From: Bacteriovoracaceae bacterium
GTDB lineage: Bacteria > Bdellovibrionota > Bacteriovoracia > Bacteriovoracales > Bacteriovoracaceae
Length of the DNA stretch: 34,899 nucleotides
Direction: 5' to 3'
Assembly (NCBI GenBank): GCA_041586955.1
Contig: JBFGZE010000020.1
Coordinates: 1-34,899 of the forward strand
Shown: piece after piece, positions 19,384-29,185 of the stretch
Position numbering within the stretch: position 1 is the first letter of the stretch
Layout of the letters: each line of letters starts with the position of its first letter
Notes under the pieces: model-generated
Seen by the model: the letters and a program-made list of their open reading frames with translations, nothing else
What the model was told of the DNA's origin: nothing
Database searches by the model: none
Translations under genes and position numbers: made by a program

Positions 19384-20598
19384 ATGGCGATCTATACTTA
19401 CAAAGGGATCGATAAAACAGGTAAAGAACTTAAGGCCAATATCAATAGTGAATCTATTAATATGGCCAAGCAAAAACTACGCGCTCAAGGGATTATGCTC
19501 CTGGAAATCAAGGAGAATAAAACCGATAAGGCCGGCCAACAAAAGGGCTCTATTAGCTTTGGCGCCTCCGTTAACATTGAAGACCTCTCCCTGATGACTC
19601 GCCAATTGGCGACACTCGTGCGCGCCAAAATACAAATCGTCGATGCTCTCGCCGCTTTAATGGATCAAACAGAAAATGCTAAATTACGCCTCATTTTGTC
19701 AGAAGTGCGGCAGAAGGTGAATGAAGGGATTAGCTTGGCGAAGGCCTTCTCTGATTACCCCAAAGTCTTTAATAATGTTTATGTCAATATGGTGGAGGCG
19801 GGTGAACAATCAGGTAACCTGGAAATTGTTCTTTTACGCTTGGCCGATTTTACTCAGGCGCAGACCCAATTAAAAAATAAGATTAAGGGTGCTGTCACCT
19901 ACCCTGTTATTATGGCGCTTGTCGGTATGATTATGTTTGGCATCATCTTTACTGTGGTCATTCCCAAAATTACTAAAATTTTTGTCTCTATGAAAAAAGA
20001 CATCCCCTTACCGACCCAAATTTGCATTTGGATCAGTTATGTCATTCAAAATTATTGGTATCTCATCATCGGCGGTGCAATAGGTGCTTTTCTTATTTTT
20101 TATAAATGGATCCATACCCCTAAAGGAGAGGCGAAATGGCATGCCTTCCTCCTTAAAGTTCCCATTATAGGCCCTTTGGTGATGATGATTAACGTCAGCC
20201 GGTTCTGCTCGACTTTAGGGACCCTTCTCAACTCGGGAGTGCCCATTCTCACCTCATTAAAAATTGTGAAAAATTTGATTGCCAATGTTCATATGCAAAG
20301 AGCAGTCGAAGAAGCGCGGACTTTTGTGCAAGAGGGGGCCTCTATGGCGGTACCGCTCAAGAATTCAGGTTTATTCCCTCCCATGGTCATTCATATGATT
20401 ACACTCGGAGAAAAAGCGGGTGAAATGGAAGATATGTTAAAGATTGTGTCAGAGAATTATGAGGATCAAGTCAATACTAAACTTACTGGCTTGACTTCAG
20501 TCATCGAACCCATAATGATGGTAGTTATGGGTGGTCTAGTAGGTTTTGTCGTTTTTGCTGTTGTGGTTCCCATGATGGAGTTGAACTCTGTTAACTGA
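19384..20598 (+). CDS. gspF: Type II secretion inner-membrane platform protein
   Basis: TRQLATL, GEQSGNLE, YP, GEKAGEME and IEP motifs; 3 TMs. Confidence 0.96.
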   Translation: MAIYTYKGIDKTGKELKANINSESINMAKQKLRAQGIMLLEIKENKTDKAGQQKGSISFGASVNIEDLSLMTRQLATLVRAKIQIVDALAALMDQTENAKLRLILSEVRQKVNEGISLAKAFSDYPKVFNNVYVNMVEAGEQSGNLEIVLLRLADFTQAQTQLKNKIKGAVTYPVIMALVGMIMFGIIFTVVIPKITKIFVSMKKDIPLPTQICIWISYVIQNYWYLIIGGAIGAFLIFYKWIHTPKGEAKWHAFLLKVPIIGPLVMMINVSRFCSTLGTLLNSGVPILTSLKIVKNLIANVHMQRAVEEARTFVQEGASMAVPLKNSGLFPPMVIHMITLGEKAGEMEDMLKIVSENYEDQVNTKLTGLTSVIEPIMMVVMGGLVGFVVFAVVVPMMELNSVN

Positions 20599-20637
20599 TA
20601 ATGATAAACTACGTAAAAATTAATTGAGGAGTTTTGT

Positions 20638-21105
20638 ATGAAAAAATTGAGTTTCTTTCTGCGTGCCAATCGTCAGGTAATGGCCGGCCAAGCAGGTTTT
20701 TCCCTAATGGAAATCCTTATATCTCTCACCCTTTTAGGGATTGTCGGTACCTTTGTCACGGGTAAAGTTTTAGAGCAACTACACGAAGGTAAAGTGAAGG
20801 CCGCTCATATTCAGATGAAAAATTTTGAAGGTCGGCTCAAAGAATTTAAAAGAAAGTGTGGATTCTTTCCTGCGACAGAGCAAGGACTTGACTCCCTTAT
20901 CAATAAGCCTACAGGTGGCCGTGAATGCCGAAATTACCCACCAAATGGCTTCATCGATGGAGAGCAAGTGCCTAAAGACCCATGGGATGAAGATTATATC
21001 TATGTTTTTGAGGGCAAAAACTTTAATATTATCAGCTACGGTGCCGACAATGTTGAAGGTGGTGAAGGTGAAGACCAGGATCTATCTCTTAGGGGCAATA
21101 AATAA
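20638..21105 (+). CDS. gspG: Major pseudopilin
   Basis: Prepilin site AG|FSLME; PATEQGL, PKDPW and SYGADNVEGGEGED motifs. Confidence 0.95.
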   Translation: MKKLSFFLRANRQVMAGQAGFSLMEILISLTLLGIVGTFVTGKVLEQLHEGKVKAAHIQMKNFEGRLKEFKRKCGFFPATEQGLDSLINKPTGGRECRNYPPNGFIDGEQVPKDPWDEDYIYVFEGKNFNIISYGADNVEGGEGEDQDLSLRGNK

Positions 21106-21108
21106 AAC

Positions 21109-21792
21109 ATGAAGTTCAAAGGCATGGATTCTGACCAAGAAGGCTTTTCATTAATAGAAATCCTTATTGGGCTTCTTTTGGTTGGACTCATTTTGTCTAC
21201 ATTAAATTTTGGTGGGAGTAGTGGTAGTCGCCGTTCTCTTGACCAATTTCTCAAAAAAATAGAACGTGGAGTGCGTTTTTCAATTGATGAAGCAGCATTG
21301 CGTAATTCAATAGTCCGCCTCCACTTTGACCTCGATAAAAATCCTCAATCTCTCGTCGTTGAATTTGGCCCCAACGATAATTTTATTTTGCCGATTGATA
21401 TCGTCACGAAAAAAGGCGGTAGTCTATCAGAAGAGAAAAAAAGACAAGACGGTCTCAAAAAGCTAAATAATCAATTTTCTAAGGTTAAAGAATTCCAAGA
21501 AAAGTCCTTTGAAGTTCCCCCTGGAGTCAGAATTATTGGCGTGGGAACCTCCCTCACTAATCAATTCCAAACAGAGGGACATGCTGCTGTGTATGTCTAC
21601 CCCACAGGGGAGAAAGATGATGCTATAATTATCTTGGGAACTGATGATGAGGTCGCCGGCCTTAAAATTGAAGCCTATAACCTTGACATGGAGCGTTTCT
21701 ATGAAGAAATAGAGGCCCAAAATGTTGAGGAAGATATAGAGGCCTATGAAACCAAGGCCATAGGATTATTTGAGGAATGGTTACAAAAATAA
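21109..21792 (+). CDS. gspH: Minor pseudopilin, GspH position
   Basis: Prepilin site EG|FSLIE plus hydrophobic helix; assigned by operon order. Confidence 0.75.
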   Translation: MKFKGMDSDQEGFSLIEILIGLLLVGLILSTLNFGGSSGSRRSLDQFLKKIERGVRFSIDEAALRNSIVRLHFDLDKNPQSLVVEFGPNDNFILPIDIVTKKGGSLSEEKKRQDGLKKLNNQFSKVKEFQEKSFEVPPGVRIIGVGTSLTNQFQTEGHAAVYVYPTGEKDDAIIILGTDDEVAGLKIEAYNLDMERFYEEIEAQNVEEDIEAYETKAIGLFEEWLQK

Positions 21793-22295
21793 AACTCATT
21801 CACCAATTAAAAGCAGCTCAAGGCTTCTCTCTGATTGAAGTGATGATCGCCATTGCCATTTTTGCAGTATTTGTCGTGAGTTTTATGACCGGACAAGGTT
21901 TTAATTTATTAGACTCTACCCAAATGAGAGAAGATTCAAAATTAGAGCAATTGGCGCAAATGAAGTTTAATGAAATCATCGTCGACCCTCCTCCCTTTCG
22001 AGAATCTCTGACCTCGGCCAGCAAGGAAACCAAACCATTTGAGGAAGATCCCGGATTCACATGGACCACAGAATTAACGAAATTTACCATTCCCGATCTA
22101 ATGGCCTTAACTTCCTCTCAGGATGAAGACCCCGACCCCATCCAGGCGAGAATATTTGAGCAATTTAAAAAGAATATGGAAAAAATGTTATGGCAGATGA
22201 AATTGACGGTCACCAATAAGGAAACGGGTCAAGAGTATGTGGTCTCTGGTTGGCTGTATAACCCCAAAGCGAAGGTGCAAATCCAAGGTCTATGA
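21777..22295 (+). CDS. gspI: Minor pseudopilin, GspI position
   Basis: Prepilin site QG|FSLIEVMIAIAIFA; operon order. Confidence 0.78.
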   Translation: MVTKIKLIHQLKAAQGFSLIEVMIAIAIFAVFVVSFMTGQGFNLLDSTQMREDSKLEQLAQMKFNEIIVDPPPFRESLTSASKETKPFEEDPGFTWTTELTKFTIPDLMALTSSQDEDPDPIQARIFEQFKKNMEKMLWQMKLTVTNKETGQEYVVSGWLYNPKAKVQIQGL

Positions 22296-23197
22296 AAAAA
22301 GAAAATGAAAGCGGATTTACTCTCCTTGAAATTATCATTGCGATGACGGTGCTTTCTTTTTTAATGGCGTTCCTTTATACCATTGTCGATGACTCAACTC
22401 GCACTAAAAATGATGTCATTAGTGAAGACCAGGATTTTCTCCAAGTCCAAACGGCCTTGCATCGCATGAATTTGGACTTTTCACAGATTTACTCTCCTCT
22501 TTATCATAGTGTTGATCATGAATTCTATGAAGAATATGACTCCGAAGAAGATGTCCCTATAGATGAATTAGAGCAACGTCAAAAAACAAAGTACAAGGGC
22601 ACCCCTAATTTTCCTTTGGCCTCTATAAAAGGTGTTCCCGCCCCAATAATTCTCCAAGAAGATAAAACCCATATCCAATTTTTCACCACGGCCAATAGAC
22701 GACGGTTGGCCAACTCTAAACAATCTCAATTTACTTGGGTCGACTATTCTCTGGAAAGTATGGGGGAAAAAGAAAATAAAGATGAAACTGACCTACGCCA
22801 AGGCCTCTCCCAGCTAGTGAGACGAGTCATTAATGAAAATGTTTTTGCTGATGAATTCGACTGGACTAAGATTAAACCCCAAATTATCTTAAAAAATATT
22901 AAATCTATCGAGTATCACTTCTGGCATCATAAAAGGAAAAAATTTGTCGATACTCTTAATTCTCTTGAGGAGTTTGAACAATATACTCCTCGCGCTGTTA
23001 AAATTAAAATTTTATGGGTCAACAAAACGAATCAAGATCAAGAAACCATTCGCGTTTTCCGCCCCCTCTTTCCCTACTTTGATCCCGTTAAGGATGAATT
23101 ACGTCGTAATCCCCCGTCAGGAAGGCCTATCGAAAGTGAAGAGGGTGAAATAATAGTATCCGAGGAAGAGGGCGATTTTGAAGATGGAGAAGAATAA
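22292..23197 (+). CDS. gspJ: Minor pseudopilin, GspJ position
   Basis: Prepilin site SG|FTLLE; C-terminal PRAVKIKI; ATGA overlap with gspI. Confidence 0.8.
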   Translation: MKKENESGFTLLEIIIAMTVLSFLMAFLYTIVDDSTRTKNDVISEDQDFLQVQTALHRMNLDFSQIYSPLYHSVDHEFYEEYDSEEDVPIDELEQRQKTKYKGTPNFPLASIKGVPAPIILQEDKTHIQFFTTANRRRLANSKQSQFTWVDYSLESMGEKENKDETDLRQGLSQLVRRVINENVFADEFDWTKIKPQIILKNIKSIEYHFWHHKRKKFVDTLNSLEEFEQYTPRAVKIKILWVNKTNQDQETIRVFRPLFPYFDPVKDELRRNPPSGRPIESEEGEIIVSEEEGDFEDGEE

Positions 23198-23198
23198 A

Positions 23199-24599
23199 AT
23201 GAAAAAATTCTTATCTGCCCCTCGGATTTTAAAAAATGAACGCGGAATGGCGATCATTATGGTGGTAGGTGTTGTCACCATTTTGACCTTTTTATTGGCA
23301 GATTTTACCTTTGATACAAAACTCAATAAAATTAAAATATATAATTATCAAGACAAACTACAGGCACGCCTCAATGCAGAGTCAGGCCTCAATTTTGCCC
23401 TCTCCAAATTAAAACTCTACCAAAATGCCCGTAATTTATTGGAAAAAAATACAAGTGCTCAATCGGTACTCGATCTCTCAAAGCTGGAATCAATTGTCAC
23501 CAACCCGCCGTTTATTATTCCCATTACTCTCCCCAGCAATTCCAATCTTATTCAAAAATCCGCGCTCGAAGATTTTACCAAAAACAATATTCTCCCAGGG
23601 CAATTATCCGTTTTTATCTCCCCTGTCCGTGGCTTTCTCAACCCAAACAATATGCGTATCCCCAAAAAGGAAAAAAAGAAAAACGATTTGGGGAATCAGG
23701 AGGCTTCCAAAGAAGAGGAGGCCGCCCAAAAGAGTAATATCATCAGAGATGCCGATGGCAATGAAGTCCCTGCTCACGCCTATATTGAAAATAAACTGAT
23801 TGAAGATTTAGAAAAGGCGATTGAGCGAAAAAAGGAACATGATGAGGACTTTGATGCCACTTACCCCAATATCGAGGCAAAGTATCTAATCAAAGAGTTA
23901 AAGTACTATGTCTCCCATAAAAACTCTTTTGAAGACGATTTAAAAGACGATATTGTGCGTGCTTTTGCCGACAAAAATATCATACCTAAGCATGGCCCCC
24001 TTACCTCAATTTACGAACTCTACACCCTCCCCTCCTGGGATGATCAAATTGTTGACCTAATTAAAGACCGTATCTCTGTTCATGAGGCGGCGATCATCCA
24101 AGTCAACGAGATCACCTCCAATCAACTGAAGACGCTATTCCCCAATATTACTCCTGAACAATTGGAAGAGTTTTTCAATTACCGCGATGGTAATAACGAA
24201 TTAAAAATGAAACCCCATAAATTCAAAAATGAAGAGGACTTTAAAAATGTCATTGTGGGAACCTTAGGAGTGGTCGGTGAAGAAAGTTACCGCGACCGTA
24301 TCAAGGAATTTGAAGCGGCCGGTCTAAAAATTGGCGTCGCGAGTAAGCTCTATAAAGTAACTTCCGTTGGCAAAATTAACCGCTCCGAGTACCGCATCGT
24401 TGCATTTATTGACCTCCCCATTAAGCCGCCCAAAAAGGTCAAGAAAAAGGCCAAACAGAGTAATGCCGACAAAGAAAGCGATAAAAAGGAAAATGAAACG
24501 GATAAAGCTAAAGAAGAACCATCAACTAATGACGACAAAAAAAAGAAAACTAAAATTGAATTGATGGAACCCCGAGTAATTGAAGTTCGACTTGAATGA
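23199..24599 (+). CDS. gspK: Minor pseudopilin K
   Basis: ERG|MAIIMV without Glu+5 (GspK hallmark); QARLNAESG. ATG 23199 with GGAG SD chosen over TTG 23178 and ATG 23184. Confidence 0.82.
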   Translation: MKKFLSAPRILKNERGMAIIMVVGVVTILTFLLADFTFDTKLNKIKIYNYQDKLQARLNAESGLNFALSKLKLYQNARNLLEKNTSAQSVLDLSKLESIVTNPPFIIPITLPSNSNLIQKSALEDFTKNNILPGQLSVFISPVRGFLNPNNMRIPKKEKKKNDLGNQEASKEEEAAQKSNIIRDADGNEVPAHAYIENKLIEDLEKAIERKKEHDEDFDATYPNIEAKYLIKELKYYVSHKNSFEDDLKDDIVRAFADKNIIPKHGPLTSIYELYTLPSWDDQIVDLIKDRISVHEAAIIQVNEITSNQLKTLFPNITPEQLEEFFNYRDGNNELKMKPHKFKNEEDFKNVIVGTLGVVGEESYRDRIKEFEAAGLKIGVASKLYKVTSVGKINRSEYRIVAFIDLPIKPPKKVKKKAKQSNADKESDKKENETDKAKEEPSTNDDKKKKTKIELMEPRVIEVRLE

Positions 24600-24613
24600 T
24601 TTGTGAAATAATA

Positions 24614-24649
24614 TTGGCCCCCACCGCCTGATCTGGTAAAATAATACTA
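24614..24649 (+). promoter_or_regulatory. Putative internal extended -10 promoter giving a leaderless gspL transcript
   Basis: TTGGCC-N17-TAAAAT with a TGn extension; the -10 ends 6 nt before the ATG; no SD. Confidence 0.6.
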
Positions 24650-26226
24650 TGAATTTGTTGTGTATTGACCTTGGCTCTTATTCAGTTAAATTTGCTGAGT
24701 ATTCATTGGCCAGAAAAAATATTGTTCTCATCCAATTCCAAGAATTGTCTCTGGCCGAAGCCCGGATGCAATTTGACGAGGACATTTCAAATAATCAATT
24801 AAAATTAGAAATTGTCAGGGCGTTTATTAAAGACCATGGCAGTGATCTAAAAGTAATTTTTCAAGTTCCCAATGAAATGATCACTGCTCGCTTTCTCCAT
24901 TTGCCTGTCATACAGAGGAAAAAAGTCGAGGCGATGATTCCATTCCAATTGGATGATAACCTACCCTTTCCCCTTGAAAAAATCATATACCGCTTTACCT
25001 TAGAAAAAGAGGGTAAAGGTAGTTTTGCTCAAGTCGCCATTGCTGAAAGAGAGGCCTTTGCCAAATTTTTTGGCCTTCTTGATACAAAGCAATGCATGCC
25101 CTCACTATTAACGACTGAATTAAGTATAAATAATTCATTTGTGAATGAACGAGCGGATCATTCATCCTATCTTATCATCGACCTTGGGCACTCTTTAACC
25201 AAAGGCTATGCGGTTGAAGAAAAGCGCATTGTTGCCAACCATCTATCTCATACCGCCTCTAGACAGATCGACACCATCATTGCCAAAACCTATGGTATTT
25301 CCAACCAAGAAGCGGTTAATTATAAGCATGAGCAGGCCTTTATTTTCACCGAATCTCAATATGAGGATGCTGATGGCGAGCAGGCGGAATTTTCCCTCTT
25401 AATGAAGCAAACCCTTGCGCCTTTGGTTTTAGATATAAGGCGATGGATCATTGGCCATCGCGCCAAATTTGGTAACCCTATTTTAAAAATTTATCTCACC
25501 GGTGGTGGCTCCAAATTAAATAATATCATCCCTTTTCTCTCCGAAGAACTTAGTATTAATATCGAGAGACTCGAGCTTAATCACGGTCAATTGCGGGCGG
25601 ACAACGAATTCAGCCAAGATCCCTCTTATCATTTTTGTTATACTCAGGCCTTGGCACAGAATGCCACAATTCGCCCCCTCAACTTTTTAACAGGTGAATT
25701 CTCTTCTCGCTCAAACCAGGGATTCCCGCTCTATTCCACGGGATTTTTATTGGTGCGAACCAGTATCCTGGCCGCTAGTATCGTTTTCTTATTATTATTA
25801 CAAAATATGATTATCAGTGGATCCACTAAAAAGCTCACCAAAAAACTCGCCACGATGAGTAAAAATCCCAATTTAAAATTAACCAGGTCCGATAAGAATA
25901 AATTAAGACGCAAGCCCGATCTTTTTCTTAAAGTTTTACAAAAAAAGAATAAAGACCTCAATTCTCATATTAAGCAATTAAAAGCACTCGGTAAAGTTAA
26001 TGCCGTTGAAACTCTTTTTAAGCTCAATAGTTTGGTGAGTGGTAGTGATAATTATTTTTTACAGAAATTCGTTTCAGAACAAGGCCTCACGACTGCCACT
26101 TTTAGCGGCAATCAAATCGACCAATTGGAAAGTCTCAAAACGGTTCTCGATGGGCTGACTCTTAATAATAAGGGTCTCGAGCTCAACCGCAAGTCAAAAA
26201 CAATTCAATTGGTATTTGAGGAGTAG
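24649..26226 (+). CDS. gspL: GspL, with PilM-like actin-fold cytoplasmic domain, TM and periplasmic domain
   Basis: IDLGSYSVK, IIDLGHS and LTGGGSKL motifs; TM near aa 365-390; position after gspK. Confidence 0.82.
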   Translation: MNLLCIDLGSYSVKFAEYSLARKNIVLIQFQELSLAEARMQFDEDISNNQLKLEIVRAFIKDHGSDLKVIFQVPNEMITARFLHLPVIQRKKVEAMIPFQLDDNLPFPLEKIIYRFTLEKEGKGSFAQVAIAEREAFAKFFGLLDTKQCMPSLLTTELSINNSFVNERADHSSYLIIDLGHSLTKGYAVEEKRIVANHLSHTASRQIDTIIAKTYGISNQEAVNYKHEQAFIFTESQYEDADGEQAEFSLLMKQTLAPLVLDIRRWIIGHRAKFGNPILKIYLTGGGSKLNNIIPFLSEELSINIERLELNHGQLRADNEFSQDPSYHFCYTQALAQNATIRPLNFLTGEFSSRSNQGFPLYSTGFLLVRTSILAASIVFLLLLQNMIISGSTKKLTKKLATMSKNPNLKLTRSDKNKLRRKPDLFLKVLQKKNKDLNSHIKQLKALGKVNAVETLFKLNSLVSGSDNYFLQKFVSEQGLTTATFSGNQIDQLESLKTVLDGLTLNNKGLELNRKSKTIQLVFEE

Positions 26227-26228
26227 CC

Positions 26229-26858
26229 ATGCAACAAATCATCAAATTATTCAAATCAATTGATGAATTTGTCTTTAGCAAATTAGATCAATTGCAAAAC
26301 TCCAACCCTTATCAAAGCTTTTTTGCGACCATTGAAAGTAATCTCGATGAGCAAAGCCGTTTAATTGTGGAAAAGATCTTAGCGATTGTCTTGGTCTTTT
26401 TACCACTCTTAATCGCTCTTGTTTTTCTTCTTTTAAACTTAAATGTAAGAGGAAAAAGAGAAACCCAATTAGAGATACTCAAGCATATGAAAGAATATAC
26501 TCAAAACTATTCTCTCTATAGCGCCTTAAGCTCAAGGATGAAGTCCGCACATCCCATTTCAAATAAAAACGACCTTAAAGCACGAATCACCCAAAGCTTA
26601 AACCGCAAGAATATTAATGCCACGGCGATCTCTATTGGTGAAATTCAAACCCAAGACCTGACTTCTAGCTTATCTCAAAGTAGCGGTGCTCTTAAATTCT
26701 CTGGTTTATCTACGCAAGCGCTAAGTGGTTTAATGGAGATCTTAGTCTCAGAACTCAGAATCAAAATTCATAAAATTCATATTACCAATAAATTGGTGGA
26801 AAGCACTCTCAATGGAAGGATTGATTTCTACCATTTTGGTACTGAAAGGAATAAATAA
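26229..26858 (+). CDS. gspM: Probable GspM (bitopic membrane protein)
   Basis: Single TM, coiled coil and small C-terminal domain; lies between gspL and gspN. Assigned mainly by synteny. Confidence 0.65.
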   Translation: MQQIIKLFKSIDEFVFSKLDQLQNSNPYQSFFATIESNLDEQSRLIVEKILAIVLVFLPLLIALVFLLLNLNVRGKRETQLEILKHMKEYTQNYSLYSALSSRMKSAHPISNKNDLKARITQSLNRKNINATAISIGEIQTQDLTSSLSQSSGALKFSGLSTQALSGLMEILVSELRIKIHKIHITNKLVESTLNGRIDFYHFGTERNK

Positions 26859-26861
26859 ACG

Positions 26862-27785
26862 ATGACAAAGAAAGCATCAGCCCTCAGAGAAAATCAAATT
26901 GATGATTCTATCTATACTCCGGTGGCAAAAAATTCCTTTCGCTATACTATAATTATTTGCAGCTTTCTTCTTATCGGCTTTCTCTCCTCTTTCCCCATTA
27001 AAGAAGTTCTCAAATTTAAAATCGCCCAGCTAATCAATCAAAATAATGCCTGTCCTATTTCCTATAAAGATTTGGACCTAAGTTTATTAATGCCAGAACT
27101 CACGCTTAAAAGTCCTATTATTGCCGGCAGCTGTTTTGGTAAGCCCTCGGCCCAGATTGCTTTTAAATCGCTTATTATTGCTCCCAGACCTCACCTTTCC
27201 CCACTGGGAATTAAGCTTAATATTCGCGGTGATGGCAGTGGTATCAAATTACGAGCATTTCCCCTAATTAGTAGTGATGTCGTCCGCCTTGCACTCAAGG
27301 ACACAATCATTAATGTTGAAAAGATCAAGGATATTATTAATATGCCCATAAAAATGGTGGGTGACGTCAAAGTTGATATTATCAACGCAGTTTTAAAAAA
27401 TGGCAAAATCACCCGTGGCCAATTTAAAATTGAATCCAATAATTTTGACATTAATGGCCAAAAAGTCCGTGGCCTCATCCTTCCTGCCTTTAATCTTAAA
27501 GGGATGAGTCTTAAGGCCGAATTAGTCGATAGTAAAAAGCTCATGATTAATCGTTTAGAACTTGGCAACAAAAAGTCGGATGTCTTCGTTCAATTAGAGG
27601 GTAATATTGCACTTCATCAAAATATGGCCGAAAGTAGACTCAACCTCCAAGGCAAGATCGGCCTAAGTTCTCAATTTGAGGAAAAAGTTCCTTTAATGCC
27701 TCTTTTACTCCCAGGAAAGAAACCTGTTGATGGTGCTTATGTTGTTAAAATCCAGGGAAAAATAGGAAAACCTCAATTCCAATAA
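26862..27785 (+). CDS. gspN: Probable GspN
   Basis: N-terminal TM ending in SFP, beta-rich body, C-terminal IQGKIGKPQF; last gsp gene. Confidence 0.72.
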   Translation: MTKKASALRENQIDDSIYTPVAKNSFRYTIIICSFLLIGFLSSFPIKEVLKFKIAQLINQNNACPISYKDLDLSLLMPELTLKSPIIAGSCFGKPSAQIAFKSLIIAPRPHLSPLGIKLNIRGDGSGIKLRAFPLISSDVVRLALKDTIINVEKIKDIINMPIKMVGDVKVDIINAVLKNGKITRGQFKIESNNFDINGQKVRGLILPAFNLKGMSLKAELVDSKKLMINRLELGNKKSDVFVQLEGNIALHQNMAESRLNLQGKIGLSSQFEEKVPLMPLLLPGKKPVDGAYVVKIQGKIGKPQFQ

Positions 27786-27803
27786 CGTCAATTCTCTATT
27801 ACA

Positions 27804-28778
27804 ATGCCCGTCATGAAAGCAACGGCGACAAAAATAGAACCCCCAAAATATCAAGAGATCTTTGACCAGGCCTTGGCCCATTATTTGGCATTGGCCTGTC
27901 CCAAAGATTTCGCCTATGAAATGTATAGCTACGCTGTGCTCCCGGCCGGCAAATTATTCCGCCCCAGTTTAGCTCTGGCCATGGCCTTAGATAAGGGCCT
28001 TGATGCAACCACCATTCATCGTGACCATCCCTTAATAAAGGCCTGCTGCGCCCTTGAAATACACCACGCCTATACCTTGGTCCATGACGATCTTCCCTGC
28101 ATGGATGATGACGATATCCGCCGTGGTCGGCCCAGTCACCATAAAAAATTCAATGAATGGATGGCGGTACTAAGTGGTGATGGCCTATTGAATTTAAGCT
28201 ATGGCCTTCTTGCCGACTTACCGCCACAGGCATTGCCTCATTATTTAAAATACTTCTCTCATTGCCTTGGCCCGAAAGGCCTTATTCACGGCCAAGTCCT
28301 CGATCTAAAAGGGGCCAATCAATCCCATTCGATGGCGCATTGGGCGCGTATTCACCAATTAAAAACATCACGCTTAATTCAGGTATCCTTAATCTTAGGA
28401 CAAATTTTTGCGACGACAAGGCCCAGCTTCAATGAGCTCAAACTTACTCATCGCTTTGGCGCCAATTTGGGTTTAGTTTTTCAATTTGTGGATGACCTTA
28501 TTGAATTGGCCGAAGACCAGGTGCAAGGCCATGAATTAGAGATTAACCCCTGGATCATCTCACCCGATCGAACTCTCGCCTTCACACTTTCTAAACTTGA
28601 AAAGGTGATTGAAGAGTTAGGCCAAAGCCAATATTTAAAGGGAGTCATCGATCAATACTTCATTAAAATGAAATTAATTATCGATTCTGGTGAGGAAAGA
28701 ATTCAATCTTTTATGCCTGACCAAAGGAAATTAGAGATCAAGCCATTGGTGGCGCTCTTGGATCTCAGTGGTCAATGA
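27804..28778 (+). CDS. ispA: Short-chain polyprenyl diphosphate synthase (IspA-like)
   Basis: GKLFRP, FARM DDLPCMDDDDIRRG, GQVLD, KT, and second motif FQFVDDLIE. Tyr at -5 before the FARM suggests a short-chain product. Confidence 0.88.
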   Translation: MPVMKATATKIEPPKYQEIFDQALAHYLALACPKDFAYEMYSYAVLPAGKLFRPSLALAMALDKGLDATTIHRDHPLIKACCALEIHHAYTLVHDDLPCMDDDDIRRGRPSHHKKFNEWMAVLSGDGLLNLSYGLLADLPPQALPHYLKYFSHCLGPKGLIHGQVLDLKGANQSHSMAHWARIHQLKTSRLIQVSLILGQIFATTRPSFNELKLTHRFGANLGLVFQFVDDLIELAEDQVQGHELEINPWIISPDRTLAFTLSKLEKVIEELGQSQYLKGVIDQYFIKMKLIIDSGEERIQSFMPDQRKLEIKPLVALLDLSGQ

Positions 28779-29174
28779 CATTAAGGTTTGAAGGTCCTTT
28801 TTGGCCATCTCTAACTTATTGAGATCATCACGACTTAGACCTTGCCTAATGATTTGCGGTAAGGAGTTAATTTCCTCTTCGTCATCATCATTATCCAAGT
28901 GGCCATAATTTTCATTGGCCGATAATAAAATTTTTATATCGGCCTTGGCCTTTTCAATATTAAGTTTATCTTCAAATAATAATTTTTTAATGACAGCAAC
29001 GGCCTCGATATCTTTATGTTCATAAAGCTTTTGGCCACTCGAAGAAGTGATAGGGTTAACCTCATCAAATTCTGCTTCCCAAAACCGTAGTACATACGGT
29101 TTTACTCCCGTTAAAGAACAAACTTCATTTAACTTAAAAAGAGATTTATTGGGGATTTCAATAAGACTGGCCAT
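28731..29174 (-). CDS. MerR-family HTH protein of the ihfA-associated type
   Basis: IPNKSLFKLNEVCSLTGVKPYVLRFWEAEF, typical of the MerR gene that follows ihfA. Confidence 0.9.
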   Translation of the reverse strand: MASLIEIPNKSLFKLNEVCSLTGVKPYVLRFWEAEFDEVNPITSSSGQKLYEHKDIEAVAVIKKLLFEDKLNIEKAKADIKILLSANENYGHLDNDDDEEEINSLPQIIRQGLSRDDLNKLEMAKKDLQTLMSLTTEIQERHQWLDL

Positions 29175-29185
29175 TCTATCTACCT

